DNA from: Octopus sinensis
Taxonomy: Eukaryota
NCBI RefSeq assembly: GCF_006345805.1
Contig: NW_021829666.1
Location: forward strand, 1-32,099
Direction: 5' to 3'
Length of the DNA: 32,099 nt
In this document: positions 20,663-31,077 of the stretch, piece after piece
Layout: each line of letters starts with the position of its first letter
How positions within the stretch are numbered: the stretch's first letter is position 1
The notes under the pieces: generated by a model
Told to the model about the DNA's origin: nothing
The model's database searches: none
The model's input: the letters and a program-made list of their open reading frames with translations, nothing else
Position numbers and translations under genes: made by a program

Positions 20663-20812
20663 AGCGTGTATATGTATGTGAGTATATATATATATATATG
20701 CACACACACACACGCATATATATGCGTGTGTGTGTGTGTGTGAAATATAGCTAGTATATACATATACACACATATGTATAATATAATGCATGTATAAATG
20801 ATGTAATATATA
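20617..20812. repeat. compound (TG)n/(TA)n/(CA)n tract
   Basis: direct inspection. Confidence 0.92.
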
Positions 20813-20813
20813 T

Positions 20814-21209
20814 AGGAGTGGCTGTGTGGTAAGTAGCTTGATTACCAACCACATGGTTCCGGGTTCAGTCCCACTGCGTGGCACCTTGGGCAAGTGTCTT
20901 CTACTATAGCCTCGGGCCGATCAAAGCCTTGTGAGTGGATTTGGTAGACGGAAATTGAATGAAGCCCGTCGTATATATGTATATATATATGTGTGTGTGT
21001 GTATGTTTGTGTGTCTGTGTTTGTCCCCCCAACATCGCTTGACAACCGATGCTGGTGTGTTTATGTCCACGTAACTTAGTGATTCAGCAAAAGAGACCGA
21101 TAGAATAAGTACTAAGCTTCCAAAGAATAAGTCCTGGGGTCGATTTGCTCGACTAAAGGCGTTGCTCCAGCATGGCCGCGGTCAAATGACATAAAAGAAT
21201 AAAAGAGTA
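20814..21209 (+). mobile_element. SINE group A, full length
   Basis: intact head, CORE-like segment, internal TA/TG tract and tail. Confidence 0.93.
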
Positions 21210-21276
21210 TTACATCATCTTGGGATATTCCTTCGATATCCCTAAGCAAGAATTAGTTTGCGTTCCCTCGAAATTT

Positions 21277-21626
21277 GTGAAGGCGCATGGCTCAGTGGTT
21301 AGAGCGTCGGGCTCACAATCACGCAGGAGTGAGTTCGAATCCCGGACCGGGAAAAGTGTTGTGTTCTTGAGCAAGACACTTTATTTCATGTTGTTCCAGT
21401 TCACCCAGCTGTAGAAATGAATTGTGACGTCACTGGTGCCGAGCTGTATCGGCCTTTGCCTGTCCCTCGGACAACATCGGTGGTGTGGAGAAGGGAGGCT
21501 TGTAAGATGGTCTTCCATAAACAGCCTTGACCGGGCTTGTACCTTGGAGGGGAACTTTCTGGGTGCAATCCTATAGTCATTCATGACCGAAGGGGGTCTT
21601 TACTCATTACCCTGTGCACATATAAT
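21277..21626 (+). mobile_element. SINE group C (tail type i)
   Basis: A box TGGCTCAGTGG, B box GTTCGAATCC, TGTGTTCTTGAGCAAGACACTTTATTTCA; tail shared with 17223-17380. Confidence 0.9.
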
Positions 21627-22008
21627 GGTGTGGAGAGGAGAGGCTGGTGTGCATGGGCGACTGCTGGTCTTCCATAGGCAACCTTGCCCGGACTTGTACC
21701 TCAGAGGGGAACTTTCCAGATGCAATCTCATGGTCATTCATGACCAAAATCGGTCTTTACCCTATGTACATATGATTATGTGGATAGGGGAGTCTGGTAA
21801 GCATGGGCGACTGCTGGTCTTCCACAAACAATCTTACCCGGACTTGTACCTCGGAAGGTAACTTTCTAGACGAAACTCCACGGTCATTCATGACCGAAGG
21901 GGGTCTTTACTCATTACCCTATGTACATATAATGGTGTGGAGAGGGAAGGCTGGTATGCCCCGAAGGGGAACTTTCTAGGTGCAATCCCATAGTCAGTTA
22001 CCCTCTCG
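21482..22008 (+). repeat. tandem array of the SINE C type-i tail, ~3.5 units of 145-157 bp
   Basis: units start at 21482, 21627, 21777 and 21934, each with GGTCTTCCA...ACTTGTACC...AACTTTC...GTCATTCATGACC...GGTCTTTAC (last unit internally deleted). Confidence 0.9.
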
Positions 22009-22071
22009 AAATTTTATAAAATTTTTATGACGCCAACAACATATATTTCTCGCTGGTAAGAATAACATTTC

Positions 22072-22107
22072 TAATGCCCCTAACCACTAAGCCACGCGCC
22101 TTCACAC
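22072..22107 (-). mobile_element. SINE group C head fragment
   Basis: CCCTAACCACTAAGCCACGCGCCTTCAC is the reverse complement of the group C head. Confidence 0.75.
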
Positions 22108-22479
22108 GTATTACATACATATAGATAAAAACATGCATTCAAATATACAGGCACATGTGGGAAAAGACAAAGTCGAGAACAAAAAGTATAGATGGAACTA
22201 AGAAATGTAGCATTCATGACTTTTATCAGTTACAAAACTAAACAATACATAGTGACGATGTTGAAGACAGACTTGCTTAGACTTTGACTATCATACCAAC
22301 ATAACATGCAATTCAATAAGTATTGATTTGTTGAAGAAGAGACAAAGAGGAACCAAGGAATTATACGATATTTGATGTCATATCAGACGCAGTTTTTTTC
22401 TCCATAAAAATGTTGCAGAGAATTCAACCCGAGTTCTATATGCGAAGTTAATTACTTTTTTATGCCTGAATATAGATAG

Positions 22480-22847
22480 AGATATACATATATATATATA
22501 CACACGCATATATACTTATATATACATATCTACTTGCATACAGACACACATACATACATATGCAGACACACACACATATGTATATGTGTGTGTATGTGTA
22601 TGTATGTATATGTGCATTTTTATATACCTATATATACAAGTTTATATATACACACACACGCGCACAGACACATGTACATATATACGCACACACAAACACT
22701 CACTGATACACGTGCGTGTATGTCTGTGTGTGTGTATGTATGTATGTATGTCTGTGTGTGTGTGTATGTGTAGTGTGTATGTATGTATGTATGTCTGTGT
22801 GTGTGTGTATGTGTATGTGTGTATGTATGTATGTATGTATGTGTGTA

Positions 22848-22882
<35 letters not shown>

Positions 22883-22945
22883 GTGTGTGTATGTATGTAT
22901 GTGTGTGTGTATGTATGTATATGTATGTATGTATGTATGTATGTA
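22480..22945. repeat. compound (TA)/(CA)/(TG)/(TATG) microsatellite
   Basis: direct inspection. Confidence 0.93.
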
Positions 22946-23324
22946 ATAATACAAAAGTGGGACAAGAACGCAAAACATCAGTTAGGTGAAACAAAAAAAA
23001 ATATCCAGACAGACGATATAAGGAAAACAAGGACGGATCATTCGGAATTTTCTATCCTCAGTCGAGTTCCAGATTATCTTTGCAATTTCGGCTGGTTATA
23101 TCGAGATTGCTCCAATCTGGCCAACCCCAAGGAAAATATGTATATATGTATGTATGTATGTATGCATATTTGATTTGTATGTATGTACGCATATTTGATT
23201 TTTTTTTAAAAGTGTCGCTGAAGAGATCACAGATGTGTGACGAAAGATTTCCGGACAATGGACATAAGTTAAAATAATAAAATAAGAACAGTAATAAATG
23301 AGTGAAGAAAAGATATACAGGCGT

Positions 23325-23496
23325 TGTGAGTAGCTGTGTTGTAAGTAGCTTGCTTACGAACCACATGGTTCCGGGTTCAGTCCCACTGCGTGGCACCTTG
23401 GGCAAAGTGTCTTTTACTATAGCCTCGAGCTGACCAAAGTCTTGTCAGTGGATTTGGTAGACGGAAACTGAATGAAGCCCGTCGTATATATGTATG

Positions 23497-23541
<45 letters not shown>

Positions 23542-23746
23542 TTGTGTGTCTGTGTTTGTCCCGCCAACATCGCTTGACAACCAATGCTGTTGTGTTTACG
23601 TCCCCGTAACTTAACGGTTCGGCAAAAGCGGCCGATGGAATAAGTACTAGGCTTACAAAGAATAAGTCCTGGGTTCGATTTGCTCGACTATAAGCCGGTG
23701 CTCCAGCATGGGCACAGTCATATGACTGAAACAAGTAAAAGAGTAA
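23325..23746 (+). mobile_element. SINE group A, full length
   Basis: intact head and tail with internal (TG)n. Confidence 0.92.
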
Positions 23747-23934
23747 AATATATTTTAAGTAAAAGAGTGCGTGTGTTTCTTTGGCAAAAAACAAAAAAAA
23801 GAATGACCGTCCCGAAATGAAAAAAAAAAAAAAAATTTTCTGCTCTCTGAAAATCACTCAGGCTCCAAAATTCTAAGTTGCTTTTACTATTATATGCCTT
23901 TGTGCACTTAAAAAACCTTTTTTCCTCTGTATAT

Positions 23935-23985
23935 GCACCGCCGAAATTGGGGTGCGTCTAACATCGCCATGCGACTTATATGGCA
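23935..23985. mobile_element. possible Tc2/pogo-type MITE remnant
   Basis: AAATTGGGGTGCGTCT...GCGACTTATA resembles subterminal repeats I recall from pogo/Tc2-like elements; no TIR pair seen. Confidence 0.2.
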
Positions 23986-24179
23986 TCGAATTACGGATGT
24001 TAACTAATTCATGTTGGGTCAGCGAGGTCAGCGGAGACGAGACATAAGTGATAGGAAATGTTATGAAATAGTTAAATCTAAGCAAACAAGGAGTGGGACA
24101 ACAGGAAGAACATGAAGAACATTATGGCTAAGTTTGGGTGGCTTGCGAAAGATGTATGAAATCAGACACACATACATGC

Positions 24180-24442
24180 TCATATATGTATGAGTGTGTG
24201 TGTGTTTCTGTGTGTGTGTGTGTGTGTTTATATATTCATTTATGTGTCTAGTTGTAAGTACGGATATATTAGGGATAAGGAGTAAATATACATGTTTTAT
24301 GTATGTCTAGCCACACATCTGTCTGAAAATGTGTGAGAGTATATATACATAGATGATGTGTGTATGTATGTAAAAATGTGTAATATATATATAATATATG
24401 TATATTACACACACGCACACACGAAAACACATACATATCAAG

Positions 24443-24489
<47 letters not shown>

Positions 24490-24610
24490 ACACACAAGCA
24501 CACATATATACATTACATATATTTTAAACACATGCATTTAGTACACTTATGTATGTATTAAATTTATATGCCTATATGTTATATATGTGCGTGTGCATAT
24601 ATATATATAA

Positions 24611-24676
<66 letters not shown>

Positions 24677-24682
24677 GTATGT
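24180..24682. repeat. compound TG/CA/TA/TATG microsatellite
   Basis: direct inspection. Confidence 0.9.
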
Positions 24683-24683
24683 A

Positions 24684-25971
24684 CGAGGGGCGTTCAATAA
24701 GTAATGCCTCTGACCCACTTGCCGTTGATTGATCTAGCTGAGATTTTGCATGTGTAATTATTTATATTTCTATAGATTAAGTGGCAAATTACAGCTCCGA
24801 ACTAATAGTGGTTTCTGATTTACATGTGTTTAAATTGAGTCAAGTGGGAAATGGAGCCTGTTGAGTGTCGAGAAGTGATCCGGTTTTTGTATTTGAAATG
24901 ACGCACACCACAGGAGACTTTTGATGAAATGAAAATAACTTATGGTGATGATGCCCCATCATATGACCTTGTAATACGCTGGCATCGTGAATCCAAACAT
25001 GGTCGGAACTCTGTGGAAACAGCTCCCAGATCTGGTCGCACCCCTTCTGCCATTGATGAGGCATCTGTCCGTCAAGTTGAGGCTGCCATTTTGGAAGATC
25101 GACGCATAACTATTCGCCAAATAGCCCATGAGGTCAAGATTAGTACCGGGTCTGTGGAAACTATCATTCATGACCATTTGCATATGCAAAAGGTGTCTGC
25201 CAGAGGGATTCCCAGGTTGCTCACACTTTTCCTGAAGCAAGAACGCGTCGAGTGCTCGAGGATGAATTTAGGGATGTGCCAAGAAGATAAGTCAAAATTT
25301 TCAAAAGACTGATTACACAGGATGAGACCTGGGTCCTTCACCATGATCCAGAGACCAAAGCCCAGTCAATGCAGTGGAAGCACCATGACTCACCTCCTCC
25401 AAAGAAGGCAAGGGTGCAGCCCCCGCTGGCAAGGTCATGCTCACAGTCTTCTGGGACCAGGACGGAGTAGTGATGACAGATTCCTGGCAAAGGGTACCAC
25501 AATTACAGGAGCCTATCATGCTTCACTTTTGAGGAAATTAAGAGAAGCTATCAAACCAAGAGGCGGGGCAAGATCACCAAAGGCATCCTCCTCCTGCAGG
25601 ACAACGCTCCGGTCCACAACTCACGTGTCGCAGATCAGAAGCACAGGCGTGCGGCTATGAACACTCCCCCATCCCCCTACTCTTTGACCTTGCACTCTCT
25701 GATTTTCACCTCTTCCCAGCCATGAAGTTGTTTCTGAAAGGAAAGCGTTTCCAGATGATGCAGCCTTCCTTGATTTTGAAGTCACGTCGTGGTTGGAGGA
25801 CCAAGCTGGGGTCTTCTATGAAAACGGTCTCCAGAGCTGTATCAAACGATGGGAGAAGAATGCGTAACTCTGGGTTGTTCCTATGCTGAAAAAGACTAAT
25901 ACCTGTGCCAAGTTTCGTTGCTCTACTGCTATGGGAAGTGGGTCAGGGGCATTATTATTGAACGCCCCTCG
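24684..25971 (+). mobile_element. full-length mariner (DD34D) DNA transposon, 1288 bp, non-functional
   Basis: TA TSD (24682-83, 25972-73); ~40-bp TIRs CGAGGGGCGTTCAATAA(G)TAATGCC(T/C)CTGACCCACTT; transposase remnant inside. Confidence 0.97.
24851..25899 (+). pseudogene. mariner transposase pseudogene
   Basis: MEPVECREVIRFLYLK* (TGA 24899-24901), HTH region, ITQDETW, GKVMLTVFWD, LQDNAPVH, LPHPPYS-DLALSDF and C-terminal YAEKD*; restoring three 1-nt deletions gives a D-34-D spacing; at least 7 frameshifts. Confidence 0.95.
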
Positions 25972-25973
25972 TA

Positions 25974-25990
25974 TGTATGATGTATATATA

Positions 25991-26037
<47 letters not shown>

Positions 26038-26073
26038 GACGAGAGAGAGAGAGAGAGATAGATAGATAGATAG

Positions 26074-26138
<65 letters not shown>
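25974..26138. repeat. (TA)n-(GA)n-(GATA)n compound microsatellite
   Basis: direct inspection. Confidence 0.95.
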
Positions 26139-26219
26139 TCAGATGAATATGGTACTTAAGTTAAAGGCACCAGAATTTAGTATGGTATTATCCATATAAT
26201 TCAAAATGGGGTGATTATA

Positions 26220-26289
26220 ATCAAAATAAGCAACAAGGGTATCCCGAGGTAATGCATTACCTCGGGATAACCTTGTTGCTTATTTTGAT
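26220..26289. other. 70-bp spacerless palindrome
   Basis: ATCAAAATAAGCAACAAGGGTATCCCGAGGTAATG|CATTACCTCGGGATAACCTTGTTGCTTATTTTGAT; 34 of 35 pairs complementary. Confidence 0.97.
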
Positions 26290-26514
26290 GTTGCTCCATA
26301 ATATGCAGATTTTCGTGTCCCCTGTATGTGCAGTTGTGACGGCAAATTGAGCCATTTAATTTAAATGTAACTTAATCACTCCAAGAAGTCTTTGTTGGAA
26401 AGTATGCATATTTTCCGTGTTTCGCCAAGTATCACTTGCAAATTTCCAGTCTTTGGTCCGGATCATCTTCATAGAAAGCATGGACTATTTTCGGAATCTA
26501 ACTTTTACCAATGG

Positions 26515-26726
26515 CAGCGTTTCAAAATGCGATAGCAGCTTGACTTTAAAATTCCTATCTCACGACACGCTTGAACGCTTTGAAATTCCCTCCTAAGCGA
26601 TCTTTCCACTTCGATTGAGTTTTCAAACTTCCAGTAAAGCTTTAGGTCAAATTTCCTTTGTTCAAAGTTTGGTCTGGCTCCTTTCGTTATTTCTTACAAA
26701 AGAAATGAAAGTTAAGCAATCAAATG
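26515..26726 (+). repeat. unclassified dispersed repeat, blocks in order B then A
   Basis: block B 26515-26565 and block A 26641-26726 match 31789-31840 and 31691-31788. Confidence 0.7.
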
Positions 26727-26794
26727 CTTAAGTGTGTATACAGTTTTTTTGGGAAACAATCATATGTAATATAAATGCATATATATATATATAT

Positions 26795-27020
26795 ATTCTT
26801 TTACTCTTTTACTTGTTTCAGTCATTTGACTGCGGCCATGCTGGAGCACCGCCTTTAATCGAGCAACTCGACCCCGGGTCTTATTCTTTTTGTAAGCCTA
26901 GTACTTATTCTATCGGTCTCTTTTGCCGAACCGCTAAGTAACGGGGACATAAACACACCAGCATCGGTTGTCAAGCAATGCTAGGGGGACAAACACAGAC
27001 ACACAAAAACACACACGCAT

Positions 27021-27054
<34 letters not shown>

Positions 27055-27210
27055 ACGACGCGGCTTCTTTCAGTTTCCGTTACCAAATCCAACTCACAAG
27101 GCTTTGGTCGGCCTGAGGCTATAGTAGAAGACACTTACCCAAGGTGCCACGCAGTGGGGATGAACTCGAGCCATGTGGTTGGTAAACAAGCTACTTACCA
27201 CACAGCCACT
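26795..27210 (-). mobile_element. SINE group A, full length
   Basis: reverse complement of tail (TTCTTTTACTCTTTTACTTGTTTCAGTCATTTGACTGCGGCC) and head (CTACTTACCACACAGCCACT). Confidence 0.92.
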
Positions 27211-27223
27211 ATATATATATATA

Positions 27224-27457
27224 ATTCTTTTATTTGTATCAGTCATTTGACTGCGACCTTGCTGAAGCACCATCTTTAGTCGAACAAATCGACCCTAGAA
27301 CTTATTCTCCGTAAATCTAGTACCTGTTCTATAGGGGGTCTTTTGCCGAACTGCTAAGTCACAGGTACGGTAACACATCAAATCGGTTGTCAAGCGATGG
27401 TGGTGGGAACGAGGACGACCAGACATACACACACAATATGTGTATATATATATACAT

Positions 27458-27519
<62 letters not shown>

Positions 27520-27687
27520 TATATTCGACGGGCTCTTTCAGTTCCGTCTACCAAATCCACTCACAAGGCTTTGGTCGGACCGTGGCTACAGCAGAAGACA
27601 CTTACCCAAGGTGCCACACAGTGGGACTGAACCCGGAACCATGTAGTTGGGAAGGAAGCTTCTTACCACAGAGCCACTCTTGTGCCT
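27224..27687 (-). mobile_element. SINE group A, full length, head-to-tail with the previous copy
   Basis: same landmarks; internal (TA)n of ~85 bp. Confidence 0.88.
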
Positions 27688-28411
27688 ACATTTATATGTA
27701 TACTTACATATACAATATATGTGTGTGTGTGTGTGTTCTACACACACTCACACACACATATATGAATCTGTGTGTGTATGTGTGTGTGTGTGTGTGTATG
27801 TGTGTAATCTGCACATCTGAAGATTTCCTAACCAGCACCTTGTGTGATAACGAAGGTAAACAAAAAATCTATAAACACTATTTTCACAGGAAAAAAACAA
27901 AAAAACTATGGAACAGCTGTAAATGCATTATTCAATTGTTGCAAATTCCTCCAACAGCTGAACCCTTTCTTCAACTCTCCACGTAAACACTGCTTAGGAA
28001 CGCGTTGACATTAAAGCATGCGATTCCTGAGGGAACATATGTGTCTAATACATATACAAGTGTTTTGTTATTCCCTGGTATTTATGAACTTTCTGTTTAC
28101 CTTTTCGTCTTCACTATATTTCTATCATCCTATGTTTTCCTAAGTTCGAACGAGCTGCCATCTTACTATTAGCGTTGCTTAGAACAAACATGTCTTGCTC
28201 TTGTCCCATAATCGCCAGACATTCTTTCTTTATGTTCTTTTCTGTTACTTTTCTTACTTTTTATTTCTTCGTTATATATATTTTTTTCCCTTGGTCTCTA
28301 TCTACAGACATCATCTGCTCTTGTTATTATTAACCCGTCTTATTTTTTCCGATTTGTTTTTTTATCATTTTTTTTTATGTCCGTTGTCTCTACTTCAGTA
28401 GCTTATGTTGC

Positions 28412-28738
28412 GTGAGGGCGCGTGGCTTAGTGGTTAGGGCATTCGGCTCATGATCGTAAGGTTGTGAGTTCGATTCCCGGCGACGCGTTGTGTCCTTGAG
28501 CAAGACACTTTATTTCACGTTGCTTCCAGTCCACTCAGCTGGCAAAAATGAGTTGTACTTGTATTTCAAAGGGTCAGCCTGTCACTCTCTGTGTCACGCT
28601 GATTATCCCCGAGAACTACGTTAAGGTACACGTGCCTGTGGAATGCTCAGCCATTTGCACGTTAATTTCACGAGCAAGCTGTTCCGTTGATCGTATCAGC
28701 TGGGACCCTCGTCGTCGTAACCGGCGGAGTCTTTTTCA
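28412..28738 (+). mobile_element. SINE group C (tail type ii) with approximate TSD
   Basis: AGCT(T)ATGTTGC at 28400-28411 and 28739-28749; A box TGGCTTAGTGG, B box GTTCGATTCC, TGTGTCCTTGAGCAAGACACTTTA. Confidence 0.92.
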
Positions 28739-28834
28739 AGCTATGTTGCTGACTCAGCCAAACTAACGAATATTATCATAAGTGTCAAAATTCTGGCGAT
28801 ATTTGGTCGATAGCTGATGAGAGGTTGAGCTTGT

Positions 28835-28965
28835 CCGCATCCACCTTGCCTTTTGTCCTTTCGAGGTCGATTAAGTAGCAGTCGGGCACTGGGGTCAATG
28901 TAACCGACGTATCCTTCCTCCAAACAATTTCAGGCCTTGTGCCTATAATAGAAAGGACTATTATT
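28835..28965 (+). mobile_element. SINE group B, 3' part (tail type 2-like)
   Basis: CCTTGCCTTTTGTCCTTTCGAGGTCGATTAAGTAGCAG...CACTGGGGTCAATGTAACCGAC...GGCCTTGTGCCTATAATAGAAAGG. Confidence 0.75.
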
Positions 28966-28978
28966 TATCATGCACATA

Positions 28979-29360
28979 AGCGCAAGTGTGGCTGTGTGAT
29001 AAGAAGCTTGTTTTCCAACCGCATGGTTCCGGGTTCAGTCCCACTGCGTGGCACTTTGGGCAAGTGTCTTCTACTATAGCTACGGGCCGATCAAAGCCTT
29101 GTTGGTAGATTTGGTATACAGAAACTGAAAGAAGCCTATCGTGTGTTATGTGTGTGTGTGTGTTTGTCCCACCGTCGCTTGACAACCGGCGTTGGTTTGT
29201 TTCCATCCCCGTAACTTAACGGTTCGACAAAACTGACCGATAGAATACGTGATAGGCTTTAAAAAGAAAATAAGAACTTGGTCGATTCATTCAGTTAAAG
29301 TTCTTCAAGGCGTTGCCACAGCATGGCCGCAGCCTCATGACTGAAACAAAAAAAAACCCC
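28979..29360 (+). mobile_element. SINE group A, full length, diverged
   Basis: GTGGCTGTGTGATAAGAAGCTTG...GGTTCAGTCCCACTGCGTGGCAC...CAGCATGGCCGCAG. Confidence 0.88.
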
Positions 29361-29854
29361 AAAAAAGACAAAACGCATAATATGTCTGTTTGACACCATA
29401 AATCCCATTTCTGATGGTCCCTGCGCATGCTAAACCCTGACTATCTTCTCGCGTGATGCCTCGATTTGATGTTATCTCTATTGGGTTATGACCCAAATCT
29501 CCATGAAATTATCGCTAATTTGCTTTTAATGTTCTTAATGCTTTTAATGCATTCATAATTTGATATCACTAAGCTGGTTGTATCTAGCTAGTCGACTAGG
29601 CCCGACTGATTTATTTATTTAATTTTTAGACCTCAACGAGGAAGTTATTAATTGTATTATTCACAATCTCTGCTTTTTATTTTATTCGTTAATTCAATTT
29701 ATATTTTATATATAGAAGTAAATGTTTATCTTGTATTTCTGTTATTTATTTTTATTTTTGTTGGTTCTTTAGAAAAAAAATTTTTTCTTAACATTATCAT
29801 TTTTATTTTTATTTAAATGCTTGAAGTATACTATTTTGTAGCGGACGGATGTCG

Positions 29855-29985
29855 TTTTTAATAGGTGAACATTTAATGATTTTTTTTAATGGATGAACTT
29901 TTAATATTTTTTAATGTTTTTTAATGAATGAACTTTTAATGTATTTTTTTAAATACTTTTGTAATGGATGGAGTTTTTTATGTTT
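29855..29985. repeat. degenerate ~27-30-bp T-rich minisatellite, about 4 units
   Basis: recurring TTTTAAT(G/A)(G/A)(A/G)TGAAC(T/A)TTTAAT. Confidence 0.6.
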
Positions 29986-30179
29986 TCTTTTGGTGTTAAA
30001 ACAATTTTTTGTTTTTATTTTTTGAAGTCGCATGTCTCGGAAATAATTAAGTTAAGATATATCTGTATTTGTGTTGGTTATTCATTCTGAACGCTTATGT
30101 ACCATTTGTTTTGTTATATTTTTATCTTCAGTCTATTTTTGTATGGTCATTATTATATAAAATATATATATAAAAGCCT

Positions 30180-30406
30180 AGCCAGGCTCATAGGCCCGGT
30201 TTCCCGGTTTCTATGGCGTATGTGTTCCCCAGCTGGATGGGACGCCAGTCCATCGCAGCGTTACTCATTTTTGCCAGCTGAGTGGACTGGAGCAACTGAA
30301 ATGAAGTGTTTTGCTCAAGAACACAACGCGTCGCCGAGTCAAAATCGAAACCACAATCTTACGATCATGGTGCTGACACCCTAACCACTAATCCACGCGC
30401 CTCCAC
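30180..30406 (-). mobile_element. SINE group C (tail type iii)
   Basis: minus-strand head GGCGCGTGGATTAGTGGTTAGGG and CORE-like TGTGTTCTTGAGCAAAACACTTCA, then CTGCGATGGACTGGCGTCCCATCCAG...TAGAAACCGGGAAACCGGG. Confidence 0.88.
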
Positions 30407-30540
30407 CATGGTTATTATTCCAGAACATATTTTTTCTTGAGCCCTAGGACCCATAAGGCCGGTGGCCCGGTTTCCGTAGAGTATAAAGTGACAAAGATAA
30501 CAACCCCTCTCTGAAGGAGACGCTAGCCCGTTGCAAAGTT

Positions 30541-30740
30541 CAAAGGCAACAGTTTTGAGGGTGGGGGACAAGTCGATTATATCGACTGCAGTACTGACTA
30601 GTACTTTATTTATTGGCCCCGAAAGGATAAAAGGCAAAGTTGATCTCGGAAGGATTTGAACTCAGAACATAAAAAACCACAAGATATGCCGCTAAGCATT
30701 TTGTCCGTCATGTTAACAATTCTGCCTGTTCACTGCCCTC
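30541..30740 (-). mobile_element. SINE group B
   Basis: AGTCGATTATATCGAC...CCGAAAGGATAAAAGGCAAAGTTGATCTCGG...TTTGAACTCAGAAC. Confidence 0.85.
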
Positions 30741-30769
30741 CCGGATATATAAAAAAAAAAAAGGGATCA

Positions 30770-31011
30770 AGGGTCCTTCACGACCCATTGGGCCAGTTAT
30801 CCTAATCCAGCAGCATATATATTTTCCTTCAATAGACAGGACCCCGGTTTGTCAAAGAATTACTCATTTTTGTCAGCGGAATGGACTGGAACAGAGTGAA
30901 ATTAAGTGCTATGATCAAGAACACAACACATTATCCTGTCCAGGAATCGAAACCGCAATATTAAGATCACGAATCCAACGCCCTAACTAACCACTAAGCC
31001 ACGCACCTTCA
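30770..31011 (-). mobile_element. SINE group C, old copy
   Basis: TTACTCATTTTTGTCAGCGGAATGGACTGGA...AAGAACACAAC...TAACCACTAAGCCACGCACCTTCA. Confidence 0.75.
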
Positions 31012-31077
31012 GTCACGGGCGATATTTTTGACCTGTTATTATATTTCCATAACTTTATCAAATTAGACCTGTTTTTA

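Noticed and set aside
21281-21350. tRNA-like sequences with A and B boxes (also 19722, 28412 and minus-strand 17450-17531)
   Set aside because: They run straight into SINE bodies, lack a proper acceptor stem and are bounded by TSDs; SINE heads, not tRNA genes.
21482-22008. Regularly spaced repeats suggestive of a CRISPR array
   Set aside because: The whole ~150-bp unit is repeated with no unique spacers, there are no cas genes, and the context is eukaryotic.
23040-23085. Minus-strand CUGAGGA...CGAAU as another hammerhead
   Set aside because: GAAU instead of GAAA, no stem I partner and no UH triplet in the correct place.
18338-23405. Recurring ORFs starting MPK(M/V)PRSGTEPGTMW and MSSDVGGTNTDTQ
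   Set aside because: Antisense readings of group A SINE copies; they recur only because the SINE does.
409-24561. Many ORFs rich in Y/I/C/V/M/H/T/L (for example 2070-2591, 11970-12416, 13021-13740, 14449-15069, 22586-23173)
   Set aside because: They are translations of stop-free microsatellite frames (TA, TG, TATG, AAT, AGAT), with no coding features.
178-29360. Apparent + strand bias of group A SINEs
   Set aside because: About 12 plus versus 5 minus once fragments are counted, and clustered insertions are not independent.
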